Virus record (IMG/VR): IMGVR_UViG_3300043473_000022
Coordinates: 1-45,422 of that record
From: a virus
Lineage: Duplodnaviria > Caudoviricetes
DNA: 45,422 bases
Reading direction: 5' to 3' (one strand)
The notes under the pieces are model-generated. The model saw only the letters and a list, made by a program, of their open reading frames with translations. It ran no database searches and was not told the DNA's origin. Positions 38,458 through 45,422 of this stretch are shown here, one piece after another (the first letter of the stretch is position 1; every line of letters starts with the position of its first letter). The translations under genes and the position numbers were made by a program.

Positions 38458-38716
38458 CGAACATTGTCTCCCCTTTTGTAAGATCAATATGATCATTTTG
38501 AACATATTGAGCTTTGATACCTAGTTCGTTGAGTATTCGTTCTGCACCCTTAACCAACAAGACCCTCATTAGTACGGCTTTTGATAGTCCAAGGTGCTGC
38601 GCTGCTAGATCAAAGTTGTATTTATCCTGTCCTGTTAGCCTCACAACCGTTGGAACCATGCCGCTGTCAGGATGCGGTGGTGCCAGTGAGATTGTAATTA
38701 GGTTAACATCGGGCAT
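38438..38716 (-). CDS. Ribbon-helix-helix (CopG/Arc-like) DNA-binding protein
   Basis: TVVRLT-(helix)-AAQHLGLSKAVLMRVLL pattern; GGAG SD. Confidence 0.65.
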   Translation of the reverse strand: MPDVNLITISLAPPHPDSGMVPTVVRLTGQDKYNFDLAAQHLGLSKAVLMRVLLVKGAERILNELGIKAQYVQNDHIDLTKGETMFDEKTGD

Positions 38717-38749
38717 AATGTGTTCTCCAGTGGGTGAATGAGTGGGGGC

Positions 38750-38764
38750 TGTGTGAGACACACA
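38750..38764. repeat. TGTGTG-N3-CACACA palindrome
   Basis: TGTGTGAGACACACA with GGGGG/CCCCC flanks, upstream of RHH gene. Confidence 0.95.
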
Positions 38765-38778
38765 ACCCCCGTTCTCAC

Positions 38779-39294
38779 TTAGCGGCGACGACCACCCGCA
38801 CGGGTAGCTTTCGCTGCGGGCTTCTCTTCGACCTCATCGTCTTCCTCACGGGCGGGAGCTTCCTCTGCCGCGAAGAGAGACTTAACGGCGGAACGCAGCT
38901 CGCCGTCTTGGTTCTTCTCCATACCCACAACCAAACCAACGGTCTGGTTCATCCACTCGTTGGGATTGATCTCGTTGGTATTCGAGTCAAGCCCAATCTT
39001 CTCCACGAACTGGCGGAGGTTCCAGAGCGAACGGCGGTCGTTCGCCTTGGGAACGAGCAAACGATTGTAGAAGAACAGGGCACCGTCTTCGTAGTGCTCT
39101 GCCACTTCCGCAGGGATGTTCTCGTTCGGGACGAGAATGCGAATAGCAAAGTATTCGTTTCCGGCCCCCGAGGTCTTCTGCTCGACGGACTGGATCTCCC
39201 CAACGTAACGACCAACCGGGATTTCCGGCGGGCGTTCAACGTCCGAAAGAGTTACGTCAAGCGAGATGATACCAAGTTCTTCATGGTCAGCCAT
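38779..39294 (-). CDS. Putative single-stranded DNA-binding protein (DUF669-like)
   Basis: IPVGRY..EI..VE.KTS.AGNEY motif, charged tail, near Sak4-like ATPase. Confidence 0.7.
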   Translation of the reverse strand: MADHEELGIISLDVTLSDVERPPEIPVGRYVGEIQSVEQKTSGAGNEYFAIRILVPNENIPAEVAEHYEDGALFFYNRLLVPKANDRRSLWNLRQFVEKIGLDSNTNEINPNEWMNQTVGLVVGMEKNQDGELRSAVKSLFAAEEAPAREEDDEVEEKPAAKATRAGGRRR

Positions 39295-39369
39295 TTTGGC
39301 GTGACTCCTGTTTTGAGTAGGGACCGGCCCACTCGAATGATGATAACTTCCCCGGTCGGAAGCTCTGAA

Positions 39370-39756
39370 TCACTTGTCGAGAGCGGCACGGGCGATATCG
39401 CCAATATCTTCTGCCGCGATGTCGTGGTCGATGGCGTGGGTTTCGCTGTCTGACCCGAGGTCATTGTCTCGATTGACGGCAGCTATGGCTCGACAATCGG
39501 CGGCGTTCTGGACGTGGTACTGGACGCACGCTCGCAGCGCCGCTTCCAGTTGTTCGATGCGGGCGGCTAGTTGCTTGCTCTTGCTAATCTCCGCAGCGAG
39601 TATGTACGCGGCTTCGACTTTGGCTTGAAACACGGCGTCTTTGCTGCGTCGGATCATGCCAATCATCTGGCGGACTTCACTGCCGACAATGATGCAGCAG
39701 TCGTCCTTTGACCCTTCGTAGAGCCTATCCAATTCCTCAGAAGTAAGGTCGCTCAT
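39370..39756 (-). CDS. Hypothetical protein
   Basis: Coupled ORF; ARIEQLEAALR segment. Confidence 0.65.
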   Translation of the reverse strand: MSDLTSEELDRLYEGSKDDCCIIVGSEVRQMIGMIRRSKDAVFQAKVEAAYILAAEISKSKQLAARIEQLEAALRACVQYHVQNAADCRAIAAVNRDNDLGSDSETHAIDHDIAAEDIGDIARAALDK

Positions 39757-39857
39757 TTGTCCTGCTCCGGTGCGAGAGCTTCACGTATGGTCTTGGTAAT
39801 ATTTGTATCGTAAATGGAAATCTCCCGCAGCGCCGCTTCCAGTTGTTCGATGCGGGC
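39533..39857. repeat. 32-bp exact direct repeat in adjacent genes
   Basis: CGCAGCGCCGCTTCCAGTTGTTCGATGCGGGC at 39533-39564 and 39826-39857. Confidence 0.9.
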
Positions 39858-39968
39858 AAGTGTTTGTTCAAGATCATCAAGCACGCACCCAACGGCACGA
39901 TCGTAATCATCCCACGCTTTTGGCATCAGTTCACGGATACGGTCACGCATTGCTTGTGTTGATTTCAT
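39753..39968 (-). CDS. Hypothetical protein
   Basis: AGGAGG SD; ARIEQLEAALR segment. Confidence 0.7.
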   Translation of the reverse strand: MKSTQAMRDRIRELMPKAWDDYDRAVGCVLDDLEQTLARIEQLEAALREISIYDTNITKTIREALAPEQDK

Positions 39969-39980
39969 ATTTACCCTCCT

Positions 39981-39995
39981 TGTGTGTCACACACT
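39981..39995. repeat. TGTGTG-N3-CACACA palindrome
   Basis: TGTGTGTCACACACT before SD. Confidence 0.9.
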
Positions 39996-40902
39996 AACCT
40001 GAGTGCGGACCAATCTTCATCACAACATTATCTTCCTTATCGCCGCCAGTACGGCTAGAAGGAACACTGATACGCTGCATACCAGCCTTATGCCATTGCT
40101 CCCAAAACCCTGCAATAGTAGTTTGGCCTAGTGAATTGTTTGGCTTCGTAGGGTCATAGTTCACTATGAAAGAGGACTCTCCCCGTTGATCGAACATCCT
40201 AGTTTTCATCGGCTTACGCGAGCCACTTACGCGGACAGTGCAGATACGCTGACGCTTGCCCATAGGCTCTTGCCGAAAGTTCCATATCTCTGACAATTGA
40301 GCACTTACATTGTTAACGAGTTGCCCACCTAGAGACATACCAATGTGCTCAACACTCTCTACGCCACGGTTGTCAATCTTAGTCACAGGATCATTCTCAT
40401 GGGCAATGAATATCACATTGCATTTGTGCTTACCTGTAACGAAGATCAATGCTTTCATCAATGCAATGAGGTTGGCATTCCTGCCGCCGTAGGCAGACCT
40501 TCCCGGCGCTTGCATTGTAGGAGTGAACCCCTTACCAGCCCCAATACCATCTGCGACGGCCTTCTCAAGGCCCAGATACTGAATGGCTGTAAGATTGTCT
40601 ACGACCACAGTTTTGATGTTCCTACGGTCATATAGCTGCTGGTCAAGCCCAAACGAGTTACGCCCCAGCCCATGCTTGAATATCTCGTCGGCTGGAGTAC
40701 TTGACAGGTCCATAACAAACACATCAGTTCTGTGTGAGACACTCACATGCTCGCCTTCACCGAAAGACAACCACAACTTATCTCCCGGTGCCGTTGCAGC
40801 CCATGTAGTTTTCCCAGACCCAGCTTGGCCCCAGAGTAGCATGGACAACCTAACGCTGGCATCCACACCCCTCTTGATCGGGAACTTGACTACATCATTC
40901 AT
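39994..40902 (-). CDS. AAA_24/Sak4-like ATPase (recombination)
   Basis: GQAGSGKT, TVVVDNLT, VIFIAHE; near nuclease and SSB. Confidence 0.8.
   Translation of the reverse strand: MNDVVKFPIKRGVDASVRLSMLLWGQAGSGKTTWAATAPGDKLWLSFGEGEHVSVSHRTDVFVMDLSSTPADEIFKHGLGRNSFGLDQQLYDRRNIKTVVVDNLTAIQYLGLEKAVADGIGAGKGFTPTMQAPGRSAYGGRNANLIALMKALIFVTGKHKCNVIFIAHENDPVTKIDNRGVESVEHIGMSLGGQLVNNVSAQLSEIWNFRQEPMGKRQRICTVRVSGSRKPMKTRMFDQRGESSFIVNYDPTKPNNSLGQTTIAGFWEQWHKAGMQRISVPSSRTGGDKEDNVVMKIGPHSG
40731..40745. repeat. Palindrome variant inside CDS
   Basis: TGTGTGAGACACTCA. Confidence 0.7.
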
Positions 40903-42023
40903 TCCTGCACCGCACGTTCGCTCGGGGACGGAACCACTGCGATCATTTGATCCCACTGCTCTACCCGGCCGGAAGGGCTGTCACCGCAGAACGGGATGAG
41001 AGCACAAGGACGAAAGAACCTATTACAACTATGAGTACGTCTCTCTGCGTGTTCCCAGTCCACATGGTATTCCTCAAACAGTTCTACTTGTCGTCGCACC
41101 CAATTGGCCCAATGATCAATGTCGGCTTGGGTTCTGGAGACTGACTCGACGTGGACATCTTCGCCCCGGTACATGGGCTTAACCCTACAGCCATACACTC
41201 TGGCGTGCCACATCTCAATGCCAAATATCGCCATGCCACATGCCATGTAACCTGTGATTTGATGGCGCATTTTGAACGATTCGATCCAAGCACGGTCCAT
41301 CCTAGCCGCTGTCTTGTTCTCCGCCATGGTAATTCTGTTACCTTTGGAGGCGTTGCACAAAATGCCGTCCAGTGTTCCGATAAATCTGATCCGTTTTCCA
41401 TCAGTGTACTCTAGAATGCAATCAAAGACTTGCTCAACACCAATTGGTTTGAGCGGTGAGTTATGATCTGCAACCCATATCGGCCAGTTATATAGATGTG
41501 GAAAGGTATCCTTAGCATACACAACCGCTGCGGTTTGCATGTTCGATAGCGTCCGTGTCTTTTCGGTTGGGTCATCATAGAACCCGGACGAGTTAAGCAC
41601 CTCAACGGCGAGCTGACCAAGTTGATCCATATCGTTCAACTGCTTGCTGCAATTCTTCCACGCCTCGGCCCAACGATCTACCCCAAAAATACGATTCCCA
41701 CATTCCTTTGCGTGATCTGGTAATCCCTGTAACTTGTGGAGTTGCCAACACCTCATCGCAGCGAAAAACTGATGCATAGCCTCCCCAGCCTCCAAAGCCA
41801 TAGCACGTCCGTGTTGGGGATACTGACGTTGCATGTGGATAACACCGAATGTTGGGCATTCAGAAATGCCTTCTAAGCGACTGTTCGAGAAAGCCCGGAG
41901 AGTCTTTGTCTCCGCTGGGAGGGTTGGGGATATCTCCCTCAGTTGATGAAAGTGAGCTGTCGGAGTACTCTTCAAATCTGACTGCCCGCCCGACTTGGTG
42001 GACTTCACATTTGTTGTCCGCAT
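40899..42023 (-). CDS. PD-(D/E)XK exonuclease (RecB/Cas4-like)
   Basis: FSNSRL...CP, GEAMH, GTLDG, ENKT, QITGY, C-terminal C..C..C. Confidence 0.8.
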   Translation of the reverse strand: MRTTNVKSTKSGGQSDLKSTPTAHFHQLREISPTLPAETKTLRAFSNSRLEGISECPTFGVIHMQRQYPQHGRAMALEAGEAMHQFFAAMRCWQLHKLQGLPDHAKECGNRIFGVDRWAEAWKNCSKQLNDMDQLGQLAVEVLNSSGFYDDPTEKTRTLSNMQTAAVVYAKDTFPHLYNWPIWVADHNSPLKPIGVEQVFDCILEYTDGKRIRFIGTLDGILCNASKGNRITMAENKTAARMDRAWIESFKMRHQITGYMACGMAIFGIEMWHARVYGCRVKPMYRGEDVHVESVSRTQADIDHWANWVRRQVELFEEYHVDWEHAERRTHSCNRFFRPCALIPFCGDSPSGRVEQWDQMIAVVPSPSERAVQE

Positions 42024-42204
42024 CGTAGTACCTTCCTATTGGGCTGTGCCACGCATTCAAGGTAGCCATAAAGTTTTCGTAGTTAATCTCGTGTGTGTCA
42101 CACAAGGTCGCGAGGTCACGCTCGGCTTCGTAACGCTGGCACTCCGGTTCGTTCTCAAAGAACGAACCGTCTTGTGCCAAGAAGCCATTAACTGGCTTTG
42201 ACAT
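41860..42204 (-). CDS. Hypothetical protein
   Basis: GAGGA SD; FLAQDGSFFENEPECQRYE; overlaps nuclease 5' end. Confidence 0.6.
   Translation of the reverse strand: MSKPVNGFLAQDGSFFENEPECQRYEAERDLATLCDTHEINYENFMATLNAWHSPIGRYYDADNKCEVHQVGRAVRFEEYSDSSLSSTEGDIPNPPSGDKDSPGFLEQSLRRHF
42090..42104. repeat. Palindrome inside CDS
   Basis: CGTGTGTGTCACACA. Confidence 0.85.
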
Positions 42205-42526
42205 CTAATGCTTCCTCCTTGATCTTGACCACAAAGAGAACGGTCCCTGCGATCTGCATACGCTCTGGGTCGCCCTTCGGACAAGCCTTCATCCACATTG
42301 CGGACGCGAGAGGATTAGGACGTAAGCCCTTGATCCACCCTTCCTCGTTGCAATACGCAGTACCACGATTATACTTGACGCCATCCAATTCCATTGAACT
42401 GAAATAGGGAACGATTTGGAACGGACCTTCAACATATTTCTGTAGAGCCTTCCACTCAGGGAGCTTCTTGTGTGTCTCACACTCAATCTTGCCATCAGGG
42501 GCAATGGTGATGAACTTGTAAGGCAT
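42188..42526 (-). CDS. DUF3846-like protein
   Basis: LQKYVEGPFQIV...YCNEEG...LRPNPLAS...IAGTV. Confidence 0.65.
   Translation of the reverse strand: MPYKFITIAPDGKIECETHKKLPEWKALQKYVEGPFQIVPYFSSMELDGVKYNRGTAYCNEEGWIKGLRPNPLASAMWMKACPKGDPERMQIAGTVLFVVKIKEEALDVKAS
42469..42483. repeat. Palindrome inside CDS
   Basis: TGTGTGTCTCACACT. Confidence 0.85.
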
Positions 42527-42527
42527 A

Positions 42528-42800
42528 TTAATCCTCGTCGTTTAGGGGAACGCTCTGAACACTCACACCATCACTACGGCCCTTAATCAAACTGCTGAGT
42601 TGCTTCACTCGATCATCCACAACATCAGTGGCCTCGATAGAAGCTTTAATGGTCTGAGCCATAGCTAACATAACCGTACCAGCCACGTCGGTTTGCTTAC
42701 TGATATCAAGCAAACGTTCATAGATCAACCCCAGTATATACCGTGTACCGGTATCACTTACCCTGTTCTGTAGTTCCCGATTGAACTCGTTCCAATCCAT
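42528..42800 (-). CDS. Hypothetical protein
   Basis: Coupled ORF. Confidence 0.65.
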   Translation of the reverse strand: MDWNEFNRELQNRVSDTGTRYILGLIYERLLDISKQTDVAGTVMLAMAQTIKASIEATDVVDDRVKQLSSLIKGRSDGVSVQSVPLNDED

Positions 42801-43153
42801 CAGTGTATATCCTTCTTGAAGAACTTGTGAACCATTTCACTGGCAGTAACCTTGTCCTTAACGGCCTGATCAATGCCCCGATTGTAATAGAAATCGAAGT
42901 TCGATCTGGCAATAGACACAAGGTCGATCTGGGGTGGACGTTTATCTTTCTGGCAGTTCTCACACTCACTCACATGAACCGCATACTGTGCCTCAATCAG
43001 AGACACCACACTACCAGCGGCAGCAGCATAAACGGCAATAGCCGTATCCTCGGGCCACATATTGTACAGCTTCACCAACATACGTTGTAGGTCAAGGAAT
43101 ACCTCAACCTGCTCAGGGCTTCCAGCTATTACCTCGAACTCTTCGTCAGCCAT
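42800..43153 (-). CDS. Hypothetical protein
   Basis: Coupled ORF, CENC motif. Confidence 0.65.
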   Translation of the reverse strand: MADEEFEVIAGSPEQVEVFLDLQRMLVKLYNMWPEDTAIAVYAAAAGSVVSLIEAQYAVHVSECENCQKDKRPPQIDLVSIARSNFDFYYNRGIDQAVKDKVTASEMVHKFFKKDIH

Positions 43154-43154
43154 G

Positions 43155-43463
43155 CTATTTCCTTTTCGATAAAGCGATACGATCTACAGTCAGATCGAGT
43201 TCAGTTCTCATCATCTGGCAGTTGTTGAGGTACTCCTCAACCTTCAAGATATCCTTGTCGATACGCAGTAACGCTTTACCCAACTGGTCATAGTTGCGCG
43301 CAAGCTTGTTGCTCAGGGAGCCTTGCTCGCGCTCAAGTCGCATGAGTTTGGATTGATGATATTCCATTGCTCCAGCGAGGCGGCGAAGACGCACCTGTTC
43401 AAGGTGCGCCTCCACTTCCTCACGGGTGTGGTCATCGAAACTAGGTGCCAACACCAGAGCCAT
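43155..43463 (-). CDS. Coiled-coil hypothetical protein
   Basis: GGAG SD; packed ORF. Confidence 0.7.
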   Translation of the reverse strand: MALVLAPSFDDHTREEVEAHLEQVRLRRLAGAMEYHQSKLMRLEREQGSLSNKLARNYDQLGKALLRIDKDILKVEEYLNNCQMMRTELDLTVDRIALSKRK

Positions 43464-43466
43464 GAG

Positions 43467-43904
43467 CTACGCTCCCTTTTCGGCTACAGTGAGCCGACGA
43501 ACCTGAGTGGTTCCGGGGCGTTTAGCTTCTTCAATGAGTTGCTTAGTGATACTCACTGGAACTTTGTAGTCCTTCATCAGCTTGGCTGAGAGCCAATCAG
43601 CATTGAACTCCCGACGTGGCACACTCACGTTAACCTGTACGCTGAACTTGCCACTCTCAGCAAGCACATGATTACCCGGAGTCTCAATCTTCTTCGGGTC
43701 ATCGATCATCTCGTCCTTGATCATGGTTTCGAGAAGCTTCTCATACTTCTTCTCTGCCATCTGTTGGACCTTCTTCCACAAGATCAGTAGAGCGAACGAC
43801 TTACCACGATTGGACTTGTCGGGGAACTTAAGACGCTCAGGCATGGCCTCAACGTCCATAACAATCTGCGCTTGATAGCTAAGTTCTGTACTGGTATCAG
43901 ACAT
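43467..43904 (-). CDS. Hypothetical protein
   Basis: Start MSDTSTEL with AAGGAG SD. Confidence 0.75.
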   Translation of the reverse strand: MSDTSTELSYQAQIVMDVEAMPERLKFPDKSNRGKSFALLILWKKVQQMAEKKYEKLLETMIKDEMIDDPKKIETPGNHVLAESGKFSVQVNVSVPRREFNADWLSAKLMKDYKVPVSITKQLIEEAKRPGTTQVRRLTVAEKGA

Positions 43905-44085
43905 CTTTATCTCCTTGTGTGTCACACACGACAATGAATGTGAAGCTTGTTGCATCGGGGACGTTACGCATGAACAACTTAATACCACGTCTTAAAGAAA
44001 CATCATCCTTAAAGCTGGACTTTATCTCTTTGGACGTATTGTCAGCCCAATTTACCGTAGTCACCATGCTATACTTCACAGCCAA
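43897..44085 (-). CDS. Hypothetical protein
   Basis: GGGAG SD, TTG start, packed ORF. Confidence 0.5.
   Translation of the reverse strand: MAVKYSMVTTVNWADNTSKEIKSSFKDDVSLRRGIKLFMRNVPDATSFTFIVVCDTQGDKDV
43916..43930. repeat. TGTGTG-N3-CACACA palindrome
   Basis: TGTGTGTCACACACG before SD. Confidence 0.9.
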
Positions 44086-44333
44086 TTCACTCCCTTCCTA
44101 AACACGGCTTTATATCCCAACGCATACGCAATAGCCATCACTGTAGCATACTGCGGCCTTCGCGTAGGACCATCAAACCAGTTATAGAAGGTCTGTAAAG
44201 ACACACCAGACAAATCTGATACCTCTTTATAGGTCAGCCCCTCATTCTCTAACATCTTACGCAATCGGCCAATAACTGGGTCTTTATCCTTAATAGGATA
44301 GGACTTATACCCATTCACCTTTGCTTTAGTCAT
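44076..44333 (-). CDS. XRE/Cro-like helix-turn-helix regulator
   Basis: GLTYKEVSDLSGVSLQTFYNWFDG..RRPQYATVMAIAYALG. Confidence 0.85.
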   Translation of the reverse strand: MTKAKVNGYKSYPIKDKDPVIGRLRKMLENEGLTYKEVSDLSGVSLQTFYNWFDGPTRRPQYATVMAIAYALGYKAVFRKGVNWL

Positions 44334-44336
44334 GCT

Positions 44337-44594
44337 TCACCTCGATCTATTCCTGTTAATCATCTCAGTGCATCGCCCTGACGGTGCAACCGTAACAGTC
44401 TTTACCATACCATTGTGGTATACCTGTGTAAAGGTTCCATGCGTCCGGGTAATGTCGTAGGCAGTCCAGATTTTAACCTCTCCTTTCTTGTTTACCTCAA
44501 TCAATGGCACCTGTGCAGTTATACCTTCAAGTGCCACAAACTCTTTGAGTCTCTCTAATGGAACTTTCCGCCATGCATATCGGGATGTTACCAT
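44337..44594 (-). CDS. Hypothetical protein
   Basis: Packed ORF. Confidence 0.6.
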   Translation of the reverse strand: MVTSRYAWRKVPLERLKEFVALEGITAQVPLIEVNKKGEVKIWTAYDITRTHGTFTQVYHNGMVKTVTVAPSGRCTEMINRNRSR

Positions 44595-44941
44595 TGGTCC
44601 TTCCTCGCGAATAGAACGGTCTCCTTCATCTTCTTGACTGGTAACATAGCATCGATATCGTAGAACGTGTCACCATCAAGATTACTTACAACGTTGTAAG
44701 CATAAGTATGAGTCTTGCTCACATAGTGTAACCCCTTGGCTACATACTCTGTATACTCGTCGTCCGAAAGGATAGCGTTCTGGATTTGCACTAGATCATT
44801 CGCAATTGAATCGAAATAGGCTGGGATATGTTTGTCGGGGGACACCCTCTTCTTGTTGCGAATGAACCACAAGATCATTTCCAACCTACGTATTGCCGTG
44901 ATGGTATGGGCCTCAGCCTTATCCAAGTTGTCCATGATCAT
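44588..44941 (-). CDS. Hypothetical protein
   Basis: AAGGA SD; coupled. Confidence 0.65.
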   Translation of the reverse strand: MIMDNLDKAEAHTITAIRRLEMILWFIRNKKRVSPDKHIPAYFDSIANDLVQIQNAILSDDEYTEYVAKGLHYVSKTHTYAYNVVSNLDGDTFYDIDAMLPVKKMKETVLFARKDQW

Positions 44942-45183
44942 TTCGATTCCTTGTGTGTATCACACGGAGGCCAGACAACGCCTTCGTCTTTCTTCCATTC
45001 AAACACGGTGCAATCACCACCATCAGTGACGATCACACGCTCAGTGATACCCATACGGGCTGCAACAGACGTGCAATAGTGCTGGGCTGCCTTCATGGCT
45101 TCCTCAGCACTCACAAAATGTCTCACACGCTCTTGTATTCCCTCTACCAAGAACTGATAGACAGAAAACTCGTTGTCGCTCAT
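44938..45183 (-). CDS. Hypothetical protein
   Basis: AGGAG SD; first gene after promoter. Confidence 0.75.
   Translation of the reverse strand: MSDNEFSVYQFLVEGIQERVRHFVSAEEAMKAAQHYCTSVAARMGITERVIVTDGGDCTVFEWKKDEGVVWPPCDTHKESK
44952..44966. repeat. TGTGTG-N3-CACACA palindrome
   Basis: TGTGTGTATCACACG before SD. Confidence 0.9.
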
Positions 45184-45199
45184 TGATATTCTCCTGTTT

Positions 45200-45214
45200 T
45201 GTGTGTCTCATACA
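45200..45214. repeat. Palindrome variant
   Basis: TGTGTGTCTCATACA before SD. Confidence 0.85.
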
Positions 45215-45269
45215 AGCCGTCCGCAGAGGTTTCAGGGTGGACGGGTAACGGATTGCGACTGTATCCAAA

Positions 45270-45298
45270 ATGGTATCATAATGCATACATACTGTCAA
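45270..45298 (-). promoter_or_regulatory. sigma70 promoter for replication block
   Basis: TTGACA-N17-TACCAT with extended TGn. Confidence 0.7.
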
Positions 45299-45422
45299 GC
45301 ACTATTTTTAAGTTTTCCACAGAAATGTTTTTATGATTTCTAGCGTCCGAAAGATTGGGGGGGGGGGGAGAGCCGGCACCCAAGCATTTAAGCATGGGTG
45401 CTTTTATCGCAATACCAAACGC

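Noticed and set aside
40899-42023. Cas4 of a CRISPR system
   Set aside because: Context (Sak4-like ATPase, SSB) is a standard phage recombination module.
44076-44333. Lysogeny module
   Set aside because: HTH present but no integrase, partition genes or att-like context seen.

Overview
Near-complete (circularly permuted or truncated) genome of a roughly 45-kb tailed dsDNA phage with podovirus-type architecture. It has a leftward early/unknown-gene block (1-4537), a control region with divergent consensus sigma70 promoters (3990-4930), and a rightward morphogenesis operon (4950-34014): TerS, TerL, small membrane/lipoprotein genes, portal, scaffold, capsid, tail adaptor/nozzle, four modular fibre genes, a GNAT and ejection proteins including a 1791-aa lytic-transglycosylase protein. 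A leftward replication/recombination block (34053-45183) carries a UDG-like/PolA fusion, RecD-like helicase, RHH protein, SSB, Sak4-like ATPase, PD-(D/E)XK nuclease and HTH. I recognised no integrase, RNA polymerase, primase or stand-alone endolysin. The most striking feature is a 15-bp palindrome, TGTGTG-N3-CACACA, counted by eye 41 times (33 with a perfect GTGTG-N3-CACAC core). It sits at most gene junctions, beside promoters, at the apex of terminators, in place of some Shine-Dalgarno sequences and in-frame inside long genes, and no gap exceeds about 3 kb. Further palindrome families occur in the early/control region: an 11-copy 16-bp array at 1629-1845, TTCGG-N5-CCGAA copies, and two TGCGAC-N5-GTCGCA boxes. 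All protein calls come from motif recognition and synteny, not database searches.
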